The notes beneath the pieces were generated by a model, which saw nothing but the letters and a program-made list of their open reading frames with translations, had not been told where the DNA came from and made no database searches. 64,000 nt of DNA from an uncultured Anaerolineaceae bacterium (GTDB taxonomy: Bacteria > Chloroflexota > Anaerolineae > Anaerolineales > UBA4823): the NCBI GenBank assembly GCA_964629965.1, contig CAZVRZ010000001.1, positions 22,008 through 86,007 on the forward strand, written 5' to 3'. The translations under genes and the position numbers were made by a program. Positions 8,052 through 17,540 of the stretch are shown piece by piece (the first letter of the stretch is position 1; each line of letters starts with the position of its first letter).

Positions 8052-10022
8052 TCATTCGCTTGTAGAAGATGCTGAGGTATCCTTAAAACGTACCTGGCAA
8101 GTAACGCCTTGCCTGGCTATGAACTGCACGCTGCCATGTAGCTGTTCTTCACCCAGCGCATAGATAGTTTCTATCCCCATCTTACCGTCTCTTCGGAAAT
8201 CAAAACCGGGTTCGATACCTGTGCCATTGTCAGCCACTTCTAATTCTATTCTATGATCATCAAATCTTTTCAGGCTGATCCGGATTTCACCTGGATGCCT
8301 ATCTCGAAAACCATGCTTAAAGGCATTCGATACCAGTTCGTTCACAATCAATCCGCAAGGGATGCCAATATCAATCGAAACCGGAATGCTTGCGGCATCC
8401 ACGATGATTTGGATCTGGCCCGTTGATCCATCGTAACTGTTTTTCAGCATGTTTGCAAGGTCATTCACGTAATCGCGTAAATCAATGCTGGCCAGGTTGT
8501 GCGATTGGTACAACTTCTGATGTACCATTGCCATCGACCGAATTCGATAGCTCATTTCTTCAAAAGCCTGGATAATTTGTTCGTTTTCCAGGGTAGCTGC
8601 TTGCAGGCTCATCATCGAACAAATCACCTGCATATTATTCTTCGTGCGATGGTGCAATTCGCGTAGTAATGCTTCTTTCTCTTTGAGCGCGCTCATGGCT
8701 TGTTCCTCGGTATGTTTCCGTTCCGTGGTATCTTGAAGAACACCGGTCACCATTTCTACATGACCATCTGGATCGAGCAGAATTTCACCTGTTTCAAGCC
8801 ATACTGTGTGGATTGAACCATCTGGATGGATAATCCGATACTCGATCTGGATATTCTCTTTATTCTTTGAAATGGATTGGACGGCATCAGCAAAGATACT
8901 CCGATCGTCCGGATGGACTACCCCATCGATCTCACCAGACCAGAATCCCTGGAAAGGTGTGCGGTTGATACCCAGGATGCGATAGGTCTCATCGGACATT
9001 TTTATTTGACCGGTCCGGGGAGTCCAGGCCCAACTGCCGATATGGGCTACCGCCTGGGCCTTATTCAATTCAGCGGCCGATTGGCGTAATTTCAATTCTG
9101 CATGCTGGCGTTCGTTCCAAACTGCAGATACCAGCAAGATCGTGAACAGCACCATGCTGAGAAACAACTGTAAAGATGTTACCCGTTCCGCGTCTGTGAG
9201 AGCTGGGTTTGCAAAAGAACCCATATTGTGGATGATGCCATAAATTGCTGCGACAGCTATGCCCAGGTGAAGAGAAGCGAGAATGCGAGGCCCAAAACGT
9301 AAAGCAGCCCAGATTAAAAAAGGCGCCAGGATGTACGTTTCTGATAAAAGCCAGTGCCGCGGCAGGAAAAATACCAGCGCCACCGCAATACCCAGGCACA
9401 GCAGCAGCCAACCTAACTCGATCCAACGCCTGGGCGTATGCCATCGTAATGCACCTCCGATCCCCACCAGGGATAAGATGACGGGAGCGAAGGCCAGCAC
9501 ACCCAGGAAATTTCCACTCCACAAGATTTGCCATGCCAACCTGAAGTCGTTACCTGGATCGTTGATCCTGAGCGCTGCCGCACCAAAGATCGCGCTGATA
9601 TTGGTGCTGATCGCAGCGGTAAACAGGGATAAGCTGATCAAGTGGCGAGGTTTCATCAATGAGAATTTCTCGCCAACCGCTTTTTGTATCAGCCAGGCAC
9701 CTGTAAAAGCAGCCAGGTCATTGCCAAAACAAAATAAGATACTGACCGGTATCGACCGGCCGTGCAGCAGATCATAGCTCAAATTGGCCGGAGATGCAGC
9801 GAGGATAAAGGCTGGCCATTCATGCATTGGAGAGATTAATAAGATTGCCAGGAACAGGCCGGCCGGGGGCCAAAAGGTGGCTGTGGGGCTATTGCTGATT
9901 GAAAGCTGTTGTCCAACCTCCGCACAGGCCAGATAGAGTAGACCAAAGAGAGTTGCGCGCTGCCATAGGGGACGTTGAAGCCAGTAGGAGAGGGGGAGAG
10001 GCATGAGAGGCTCTTCTAACAA
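8052..10022 (-). CDS. sensor histidine kinase (polytopic MASE1-like membrane domain, PAS, HisKA_2-type H-box, HATPase)
   Basis: 656 aa with about 300 aa of multi-TM N-terminus. PAS segment GSWAWTPRTGQIKMSDETYRILG. H-box ELHHRTKNNMQ. ATPase motifs NELVSNAFKHGF and VADNGTGI. Start is TTG 10022, or alternatively ATG 10004. Confidence 0.85.
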   Translation of the reverse strand: MLEEPLMPLPLSYWLQRPLWQRATLFGLLYLACAEVGQQLSISNSPTATFWPPAGLFLAILLISPMHEWPAFILAASPANLSYDLLHGRSIPVSILFCFGNDLAAFTGAWLIQKAVGEKFSLMKPRHLISLSLFTAAISTNISAIFGAAALRINDPGNDFRLAWQILWSGNFLGVLAFAPVILSLVGIGGALRWHTPRRWIELGWLLLCLGIAVALVFFLPRHWLLSETYILAPFLIWAALRFGPRILASLHLGIAVAAIYGIIHNMGSFANPALTDAERVTSLQLFLSMVLFTILLVSAVWNERQHAELKLRQSAAELNKAQAVAHIGSWAWTPRTGQIKMSDETYRILGINRTPFQGFWSGEIDGVVHPDDRSIFADAVQSISKNKENIQIEYRIIHPDGSIHTVWLETGEILLDPDGHVEMVTGVLQDTTERKHTEEQAMSALKEKEALLRELHHRTKNNMQVICSMMSLQAATLENEQIIQAFEEMSYRIRSMAMVHQKLYQSHNLASIDLRDYVNDLANMLKNSYDGSTGQIQIIVDAASIPVSIDIGIPCGLIVNELVSNAFKHGFRDRHPGEIRISLKRFDDHRIELEVADNGTGIEPGFDFRRDGKMGIETIYALGEEQLHGSVQFIARQGVTCQVRFKDTSASSTSE

Positions 10023-10080
10023 AGGTTAGCACTTGGTGTTTGTTTGTCCGGCATGGGAAGGGTCCATGCAAGAGGTGAAT

Positions 10081-10890
10081 TTACAACTGGTAGTATACAA
10101 TCCTTTGGGCCAGTCGTGCTGCTCGAAAGCTTCCTGCCAATTTATAGGCCAGGCGATAGCCCCAACTGAGGCGCGCCAGGTCTGGATCCTGAGAAAAGCA
10201 CCATTCTTCTAACAGGCGGATACCCAGCGCCCAGCCTTCTACTTCACGCGCATCATCTAGACCCCATCCCAGGCTGGCGCCGGTTTTCCTCAATGAAGGA
10301 TGGCGGGTTGCCGAACGCGCGGCCAACTCACTAAATACATCGCCGACCAGCCTGCACCCAGGAAAGGTTTCTTGCAAGCGGAGGAACAATCTCTTTACAT
10401 CTGTTTCTTTCAGGTACATGAGCAACCCTTCTGCTATGACTAGCGCAGGACGGCTGGAATGAACAACCTGATCGATCCACGCCAGTTCGGTTACGGACGA
10501 TGCGATCAGGTGATACCGCTCTACGGGTGGGAAAAATTGTTGTCGCAGTGTAACCACCGGTGGCATATCCAAATCGTACCATGCCACCTGGCCGTTATCC
10601 ACCCGCCAGAAGCGGCTATCCAACCCGCAGCCCAGGTGCAGCACTATACCGGCTGGATTTTTAGATAGAAATGTTTTCGTCACAGCATCGATCTTCTTCG
10701 CTCGTTGGCAAATCAGGATTGTGGTCTTATATGGAATACGTAGTTTGGAAAAATCATAATCCACCTTCTGGAGAATTTCTCGGGAGGCAGGGTCATAGAA
10801 GATCGGATTATCAGGTTGTGCTTTTGTGTAAAGGGGTATGAGCAGTGTTTCTTGCTCAGGAGTCAGGCTGATTTTTGCTTTCTCATCCAT
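10081..10890 (-). CDS. class I SAM-dependent O-methyltransferase (leucine carboxyl methyltransferase/TcmP-like)
   Basis: 269 aa. Motif I-like VLHLGCGLDSRFWR and overall COG3315-like layout, recognised by eye. Confidence 0.65.
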   Translation of the reverse strand: MDEKAKISLTPEQETLLIPLYTKAQPDNPIFYDPASREILQKVDYDFSKLRIPYKTTILICQRAKKIDAVTKTFLSKNPAGIVLHLGCGLDSRFWRVDNGQVAWYDLDMPPVVTLRQQFFPPVERYHLIASSVTELAWIDQVVHSSRPALVIAEGLLMYLKETDVKRLFLRLQETFPGCRLVGDVFSELAARSATRHPSLRKTGASLGWGLDDAREVEGWALGIRLLEEWCFSQDPDLARLSWGYRLAYKLAGSFRAARLAQRIVYYQL

Positions 10891-11001
10891 GGCAAACTCA
10901 CCTTTTTACAATCGATTTTCAAAACTCAACCTTATTCTACCTCTTATAACCAGGTTCGAGTAGAATTAGATCAATCAATAAATCTATTCAAGGAGTTTGC
11001 C

Positions 11002-12105
11002 ATGTCTCTACCATCTTCTCGATCGCTGAATCGACGACAATTCTTGAAAATCATGGGCGCGGCTGGGGCTGCTGCACTTTTAACCGGTTGCCAGGCTGAT
11101 CTGCCAGAGCCGCAGGCGGTAGCGCCGGGAACGACTGCGGCTGTCAAGACGCGAGTGGCGATTAATCGTTCTGATAACTATGATCCTGCTGTCTTGCGCT
11201 CAAAGCTTGCTGCGCTGCTAGAACAACTGGATTGTCTGCCATCCATGGTTAAACCTGGGGCGGTCATCGGCATCAAAACTAACCTGACTGGCAGCGCGAT
11301 GTGGGACGATCCGCGCAAGCCACCGGCCCAGGAACTATATATTACACACCCTAACTTCGTGGAGGCGCTGGGTGAAATCCTGATCGATGCCGGCGCCAGT
11401 CGTTTGGTGATTATGGATGGGTTGACCGATGAAATTAATTTTTCTGCTTGGGGCTATGAGGATATAGCCAGGCGATTAGGCGCAGAGTTGGTGAATCTGT
11501 GTAAGCCCGATCCGTATGCAGATTTCGCCAATTTTCCGGTTGGGCCGCAAGCGGAAGTGTATGACCAATTCCAAATGAATGCCATCCTGGGCGAGATCGA
11601 TGTGATGGTATCGGCGGCGAAGTTGAAATGCCATGCTACAGCAGGAGTGACCCTTTCGTTGAAGAACCTGTTTGGTCTGGTGCCCATGGAGTTATACCAA
11701 ACAGACGCTGATAAATCCCGCCGATCTGCATTTCATGGGAATGATGACTTTGATACGCGGGTGCCAAGGGTGATTCTGGATCTTAACCAGGCGCGGCCTG
11801 TTCACCTGGCAGTGATCGATGGCATTTGGACGGCAGAAGGTGGCGAAGGCCCCTGGCACGATCTAAAGCAGGTAAAGCCAGAAATAATGCTGGCGGGTGT
11901 GGATCCAGTAGCCACAGATGCAGTCGCAGCGGCAGTAATGGGCTTCGATCCATGTGCGCCGTCAGGCAATCGTCCATTTCATCATTGTGATAATTATTTG
12001 GAATTGGCTCGCCAGCGTGGCATGGGAACCAATCGGTTAGATGAGATTGAGGTGCTGGGAGAGAGTATCGAAAAGGTTCGCTATAAATTCAAGCTTGCCA
12101 GGTGA
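11002..12105 (+). CDS. DUF362 domain protein with Tat signal/lipobox
   Basis: I prefer ATG 11002 (AAGGAG 6 nt upstream) to the track start at 10816, which overlaps the divergent gene. Tat motif SRSLNRRQFLKIMGAAGAAALLTGC. DUF362-like VKTRVAINRSDNYDP..VIGIKTNLTG..THPNFVEAL. Confidence 0.75.
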   Translation: MSLPSSRSLNRRQFLKIMGAAGAAALLTGCQADLPEPQAVAPGTTAAVKTRVAINRSDNYDPAVLRSKLAALLEQLDCLPSMVKPGAVIGIKTNLTGSAMWDDPRKPPAQELYITHPNFVEALGEILIDAGASRLVIMDGLTDEINFSAWGYEDIARRLGAELVNLCKPDPYADFANFPVGPQAEVYDQFQMNAILGEIDVMVSAAKLKCHATAGVTLSLKNLFGLVPMELYQTDADKSRRSAFHGNDDFDTRVPRVILDLNQARPVHLAVIDGIWTAEGGEGPWHDLKQVKPEIMLAGVDPVATDAVAAAVMGFDPCAPSGNRPFHHCDNYLELARQRGMGTNRLDEIEVLGESIEKVRYKFKLAR

Positions 12106-12115
12106 AAGAGAGCTG

Positions 12116-14239
12116 TTACTTATCTGCCGAACGTGCGCAGCGATAACCCAAGTTGCTATACCAGCTTTTAGGATCCAATCCTTCACGCCTGGTTGCGCGG
12201 ATGCTGCTGTAGCCAACATTCCAGGCGCCACCGCGCGCCACGCGTAGAGTGCCGGTAGTGGGGCCGGCTGGATTTGCCTCTGGAGCTTTCTTGTAATAAA
12301 GCTCATCATACCAGTCTGCAACCCATTCTTGAACGTTACCAGCCATATCCAGCACGTTATATGGACTTGCGCCTTCAGGATAACTTCCCACCGCCGTGAG
12401 ATCGCCAACACATCCTTGCACAGTTCCCCAATAATTGGCTTGCGTACAAGTTACGGTATTACCCCAAGGGTATATCCGTTCATCAGAACCGCGCGCCGCT
12501 TTTTCCCATTCGGCTTCGGTTGGCAGACGCCTACCTGCCCATTCGCAGTAAGTGTGCGCTTCCTGCCAGGAAACGTACACTACAGGCAAGTCTTGGCGGT
12601 CGGCAAGATCATAGTAATAAGGCTCGGCGCCGCGGCTTTCAGGCTTTTGACATACTCCGGCGGATACGCATAAAGCATACATTTTTGCGGTCACTTCAGT
12701 GCGATCGATCCAGTAGGCATCCAGGTATACGATCCGGTTGGGTTTTTCATCATTTCTCGACTGGTTGTCTTGGCGAGCCGCACCCATGATGAAGCTGCCT
12801 GCTGGAACATACACTTGCGTCATGTTATCGTTGGGTGAGATGGTTGTCACAACGCTGCCTGATGTTGGGCTGGGGGTTGCCTCGAAGAGCGTCTCAAAAA
12901 TCGTTTGCTCACCTTTTGTAGCTGTGGGTAGATCAGGCAGTAGAGTAGGTGAGGGGTTTTGATAAATCTCGGATCGAGGAGTTAATGTCGGCTCGAATGC
13001 AAGCAAAGCATCCCTGGTTTGGGCAGCCTGGGTGATGTCTAAACCAGGAATTTGCGTGAATTTCGTACCAACTCTGAGCAGGATCACTACGAGCAAGCAG
13101 AGCGTTCCCACAAGAAAAAGAGGGAAGAGAAAACGCGCCAGGCATCCAATTTTACGGTGACCGGTGGCAGTTGCGTGTCGCGCATCGCCCTCGGCTGGAG
13201 TTGGGGTCGTTTGAAACGCAATTTTTACCTGTGCATCTGCACCGGAGGTTGGGGAGGGCTGCGGCACAGGTTGCGCAGAAAGCCCGGGCGCGCTGGATGC
13301 CGCTTGGGCTGCTGCGCTGTTGAGAGATGTTGGACCGCCTGGCACAGAAGCGCCTCGATCGATGGGTGATGCGCTCTGTTCGGTAGGAATATTTTCTTTT
13401 AGTCGCCCAGATATCAGTTTTTCCAGTGCCACTGCAAAGGCATCTACATTCTCATATCGCTCATCTGGACTTTTGGCAAGGGCTTTGAAGAGGATCTCTT
13501 CGACCTCTGGCGGCAGATCGGGCACAAAATCGCGCGGTCGGGGTAGTGGTTCGGTGATATGTTTGACGATGACAGCCATCGGGGTATCTGCATGGTAAGG
13601 TTTTTGTCCGGTGACCAATTCATACAGCACCACCCCCAAGGCATATACATCGGTACGAACGTCTACGGTAGTACCCATGCCCTGTTCAGGAGCCATGTAT
13701 TCAGGCGTACCGATGCCCACGCCTGATCCAGTCAAAGCGGTTGATTCCTCGGTTGACAGGATCTTAGCGATGCCAAAATCGGTCAACATAGGTTCGCCGG
13801 TCTCCGTGACCATGATATTGGATGGTTTGACATCGCGGTGCAAGATACCTTGCTTATGGGCGTATGCCAGCGCATGCGCTACCGGCAGTAATAGGCGGGC
13901 AACCTCTTGATAAGGCGTAGGTTCGCCGGCTCGGGTTTTTAGCGTACCTCCGGGCAGATATTCCATGACCAGGTAAGGCGTGTCTTGGTATTCGCCATAA
14001 TCGTGGATGCGCACGATATTGGGATGGGTCAGGCGTGCCAGTGCTTTTGCCTCGCGATCGAAGCGTTTTAATACCTGTTCCAGCATGCCGGGTCCATACA
14101 GATCGGTCCGGATGACCTTAAAAGCCACATATCGTTCCAGGCGATTATCATATGCCTTGTAAACAATAGCCATACCACCCTCGCCCAATGGCTCGAGGAT
14201 ATGATAGCGTCCTATGTCTTGCCCGGTCAGATCTGGCAT
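12116..14239 (-). CDS. Ser/Thr protein kinase fused through one TM helix to an extracytoplasmic FGE-sulfatase (SUMF1-like) domain
   Basis: 707 aa. Kinase motifs GEGGMAIVYKA, HRDVKPSNI, DFGIAK and GTPEYMAPE. Pro/Ser/Ala-rich linker, then TM CLARFLFPLFLVGTLCLLVVILL. C-terminal FGE-type motifs VSWQEAHTYCEWAGRRLPTEAEWE, RVARGGAW and GYRCARS. Confidence 0.9.
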   Translation of the reverse strand: MPDLTGQDIGRYHILEPLGEGGMAIVYKAYDNRLERYVAFKVIRTDLYGPGMLEQVLKRFDREAKALARLTHPNIVRIHDYGEYQDTPYLVMEYLPGGTLKTRAGEPTPYQEVARLLLPVAHALAYAHKQGILHRDVKPSNIMVTETGEPMLTDFGIAKILSTEESTALTGSGVGIGTPEYMAPEQGMGTTVDVRTDVYALGVVLYELVTGQKPYHADTPMAVIVKHITEPLPRPRDFVPDLPPEVEEILFKALAKSPDERYENVDAFAVALEKLISGRLKENIPTEQSASPIDRGASVPGGPTSLNSAAAQAASSAPGLSAQPVPQPSPTSGADAQVKIAFQTTPTPAEGDARHATATGHRKIGCLARFLFPLFLVGTLCLLVVILLRVGTKFTQIPGLDITQAAQTRDALLAFEPTLTPRSEIYQNPSPTLLPDLPTATKGEQTIFETLFEATPSPTSGSVVTTISPNDNMTQVYVPAGSFIMGAARQDNQSRNDEKPNRIVYLDAYWIDRTEVTAKMYALCVSAGVCQKPESRGAEPYYYDLADRQDLPVVYVSWQEAHTYCEWAGRRLPTEAEWEKAARGSDERIYPWGNTVTCTQANYWGTVQGCVGDLTAVGSYPEGASPYNVLDMAGNVQEWVADWYDELYYKKAPEANPAGPTTGTLRVARGGAWNVGYSSIRATRREGLDPKSWYSNLGYRCARSADK

Positions 14240-14332
14240 AAAATTCCTTATGCTGAAAGGAGATATAAATATTGTACATCAAGCTAATGAGAAGGTGCAA
14301 GAAAAAATCGAAGCTTGAAATTGATCGTACGA

Positions 14333-14362
14333 TTAGACTCAGGGCAAAAGAAAGAGTAAAAT
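14333..14362 (+). promoter_or_regulatory. candidate promoter, possibly leaderless (TTAGAC-18-TAAAAT, 7 nt before ATG 14370)
   Basis: Hexamers at 14333..14338 and 14357..14362. There is no SD between the -10 element and the start codon. Confidence 0.3.
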
Positions 14363-14369
14363 CTTATAT

Positions 14370-17300
14370 ATGTATCTCACTCCTGCTTCCATAAGTTATC
14401 TCATCCAGTTTATTCTATCTTTAGCGATCACTGGTTTTCTGATCGCTCGCTCTCGGGCTGACCAACCGCGGCACACTGGATTGTTGGCGGGTTTTGTTGC
14501 AGCCATTATGCTGCTCAGTTTTTTACTATTTCTGGAAACGTCACTACCACGTGGCGATGATTTTTTTGCCATAGCACTCGAAACGCCTGCCCTGGCAGCC
14601 GGATTGGTTCTGCTTTTACAATTCGTTTACCGCTTTCCCCATCTACCACAACGCTGGAAGTGGGAAGCTAACTTGACCCTGGTGCTTTGTTTGCTTTACA
14701 TGTTATCCGAACTTGGTTATGCCTTGTATCGTTATGCTTTGATGCTTGGCTCAAACCTGGTTGTAAACAGGGTTCCATTCGCTGATTATCCTTTGGCGAT
14801 TGGTTTATTGTGGGTACCAATTATGTTTATCCGCCAAACGATTCGCGTTTCCCGTGAATCGGATAGAGCCATGCAAGTCGGGTGGTTATCTCACCTGATT
14901 CATCCTCAAGGCATTGAAGCGCGTACTGCTCGCGCCCTGGGGATGGTTTACTTGCTGCCATTTGGCCTGGCTCTGATTAATGTTCTTCGCAGCTATTATT
15001 TCGTGTCGACCGTCCTATATAATGTTTCGATATCGATTGGTATTCTTGTCACTCTGGCAGCATTTGTTGGTGTGTACATGAATTACCTGCCGGGTACGAC
15101 TTCGTTTATTGTCAAAATGGCTGCGGTGACTTTGATGGCCTTGCTGGCTGTTTTAGGTGCTGTTGGTTGGGTGATCGCACCGATTTATGCAGAGCAGTAC
15201 AAGCTGGTGCTGCCTGAACAACAAACCTTTCGTTATACACCCAATGAGTCAGGTGGTTATACCATACACCTAACCCCATTCTCCTATGAGTCTGATTTAG
15301 GAACGAGAATGGATCTCGACGAAGCCGGGCAAGTGGGTGTCGATATAGATTTCGCTTTCCCCTTTTTTGACCAGGTTTACGGTAAAGTTTATGTATCTAG
15401 CGATGGAATGATCAGCATGGGTCAAAGCGTGCGCTATTTTTCGGTGAATTATCATTATGGCGGACAGGTCCCGATTATTTTTCCTTTGCTCATGGATCTG
15501 GATATGCCAATCATGCCCGGAGGAGTATATATCCGGCAGGCTGGCGATAATCTATTGGTGACCTGGAAGCAGATGCCTGCCTGGCATCAACCTGCAGATA
15601 TTTATACTTTCCAACTCAAGCTCTACGCAGATGGTGTTTTCGATATCACTTATGCTGATGTACCGGATCACATCCACTTTCAACCGAATGAAGAAGTTGG
15701 GCGAAATCCCTGGGTTACCGGAGCGGTATCCGTTCATCAAGATCAGCCGCAGCTTTTTGATATCGCGCGATTGCCGTTCACGAGCGATGGGCGCGGTGCA
15801 GTACAAGATTACATGCTTGAATTTCGCCGGCATCTGCATGAACTAATGGCTCCGCTGGCGTATATGATCCTGGCTAGCAGCTTGTTGGTAGTTGTGGGCT
15901 TTCCATTCTTTTTCTATACAAACCTGGTTAGACCGCTTAATTCCTTGCAGAAAGGGGTGCAGCAGTTACAAGCGCAGCAGTATGATGTCTCTGTTCCGGT
16001 GCAATATCAAGATGAGATCGGCTACCTGACCCAGGCTTTTAATCAGATGGCAGGTGAAATGCGTTCTTCGATAAAAAATCTTGAAGCACGCGTGCAAGAG
16101 CGTACCCAGGCATTGAACGAAGCCAAAGAAAATGCCGAAGCCGCCAACCGCGCCAAAAGCACTTTCCTGGCAAACATGAGCCATGAGCTGCGTACGCCTC
16201 TCAATGCCATCTTGGGATTTAGCGAGATCATGCGGCGCGATCCGGCTTTGGACCCTGATCAGCAAGAACAGGTGTCTATTATTTATCGGAGCAGCGAACA
16301 CTTGTTAGCCCTGATCAACGATATCCTGGAACTCTCCAAGATCGAGGCCGGCAGGGTGGATATACGGACAGATGCCTTTAATTTGTTCCACATGCTTCAG
16401 GGTCTGGAGGAGATGTTTGTCTTGCATGCCCGCCAGAAGAATTTAGAATTGCATTTCGAGCGCGATCCGAACGTGCCGCGTAATGTCGTGACCGACCAGG
16501 GAAAACTTCGCCAGGTGTTGATCAATCTCCTGGGTAATGCGGTGAAGTTTACTGAGGCTGGAGGCGTAGTCCTATATATACGTGCTTCTACGGATGCGGA
16601 AGATCCAGTTTCAGCCGTTCTGACCTTTGAAGTTGTGGATACAGGAATAGGGATCGCTTCCGAAAACCTGGAACGAGTATTTGAACACTTTGTACAGTTA
16701 GCCGGCGAGCCACTTAGCCAGGAAGGTACCGGATTAGGCTTGCCGATCAGTCGCCAGTATGTGGAATTGATGGGTGGTCATATTTCAGTGACCAGCCAAC
16801 CCAACTTGGGATCTGTTTTTAGCGTTGTGCTGCCGGTTTCTGTGGTAGCGTTGGTTGCCGAACCCCAACCCGAACGTAGAGTGATCGGCCTGGAATCGGG
16901 GCAGCCGACTTTTCGCTTGTTGGTTGCTGAAGACAAGGAAACAAACCGTATCCTATTGGCGGGTATTTTGCAGGAACTCGGTTGTGAGGTTAAGACTGCC
17001 ACAAATGGGCAAGAAGCATTCGCTATCTGGCAAGACTGGCAGCCGCATTTAATATTTATGGATTTACGTATGCCGGTTATGGATGGCTTGGAATCGACTC
17101 GGCGCATCAAAAAAGCCATGCAAAGCGACTTTCGGACATTCATCATTGCCCTTACCGCTAGCGCCTTTGATGAAGACCGTTCTTTGATCGTGGCAGCCGG
17201 TTGTGATGATTTTATTCGCAAACCTTTCCGCCAGGCCCAAATCTATGAAATACTGCAAAGATATCTTGGCATTCGCTATGTCTATGGCGATCCTACTACC

Positions 17301-17540
17301 AGACCTTTGCCAACACAAGCGGCGCAGGAGAACCTCAGCCAGATCATATCCTTGCCCTCCTCGTGGCGGAGTCGCCTTCGCCGCGCCAGCATAGAAGGAG
17401 ATATTGCGGCTATCGAGGATTTAACTGATGAAATAGAGATTGACCATCCAAGATTAGCTGGAGTATTGAAACGCTGGGCGCAGGAATTTGATTATGGTCG
17501 CATCTGCTCCTTGTTAGATTTAACCGACGTAGGCAAATGA
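14370..17540 (+). CDS. hybrid sensor histidine kinase/response regulator (8 TM, extracytoplasmic domain, TM, HAMP, HisKA, HATPase, REC)
   Basis: 1056 aa. H-box MSHELRTPLNAILGFSE. ATPase motifs NLLGNAVKFT and GTGLGLPISRQYVELMGGH. Receiver LLVAEDKETNR..LIFMDLRMPVMDG..FIRKP. Confidence 0.9.
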   Translation: MYLTPASISYLIQFILSLAITGFLIARSRADQPRHTGLLAGFVAAIMLLSFLLFLETSLPRGDDFFAIALETPALAAGLVLLLQFVYRFPHLPQRWKWEANLTLVLCLLYMLSELGYALYRYALMLGSNLVVNRVPFADYPLAIGLLWVPIMFIRQTIRVSRESDRAMQVGWLSHLIHPQGIEARTARALGMVYLLPFGLALINVLRSYYFVSTVLYNVSISIGILVTLAAFVGVYMNYLPGTTSFIVKMAAVTLMALLAVLGAVGWVIAPIYAEQYKLVLPEQQTFRYTPNESGGYTIHLTPFSYESDLGTRMDLDEAGQVGVDIDFAFPFFDQVYGKVYVSSDGMISMGQSVRYFSVNYHYGGQVPIIFPLLMDLDMPIMPGGVYIRQAGDNLLVTWKQMPAWHQPADIYTFQLKLYADGVFDITYADVPDHIHFQPNEEVGRNPWVTGAVSVHQDQPQLFDIARLPFTSDGRGAVQDYMLEFRRHLHELMAPLAYMILASSLLVVVGFPFFFYTNLVRPLNSLQKGVQQLQAQQYDVSVPVQYQDEIGYLTQAFNQMAGEMRSSIKNLEARVQERTQALNEAKENAEAANRAKSTFLANMSHELRTPLNAILGFSEIMRRDPALDPDQQEQVSIIYRSSEHLLALINDILELSKIEAGRVDIRTDAFNLFHMLQGLEEMFVLHARQKNLELHFERDPNVPRNVVTDQGKLRQVLINLLGNAVKFTEAGGVVLYIRASTDAEDPVSAVLTFEVVDTGIGIASENLERVFEHFVQLAGEPLSQEGTGLGLPISRQYVELMGGHISVTSQPNLGSVFSVVLPVSVVALVAEPQPERRVIGLESGQPTFRLLVAEDKETNRILLAGILQELGCEVKTATNGQEAFAIWQDWQPHLIFMDLRMPVMDGLESTRRIKKAMQSDFRTFIIALTASAFDEDRSLIVAAGCDDFIRKPFRQAQIYEILQRYLGIRYVYGDPTTRPLPTQAAQENLSQIISLPSSWRSRLRRASIEGDIAAIEDLTDEIEIDHPRLAGVLKRWAQEFDYGRICSLLDLTDVGK

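Noticed and set aside
10816-11001. N-terminal 62-codon extension of the DUF362 ORF
   Set aside because: It overlaps the divergent methyltransferase gene. An internal ATG at 11002 has an AAGGAG site and yields a proper Tat signal at the N-terminus.
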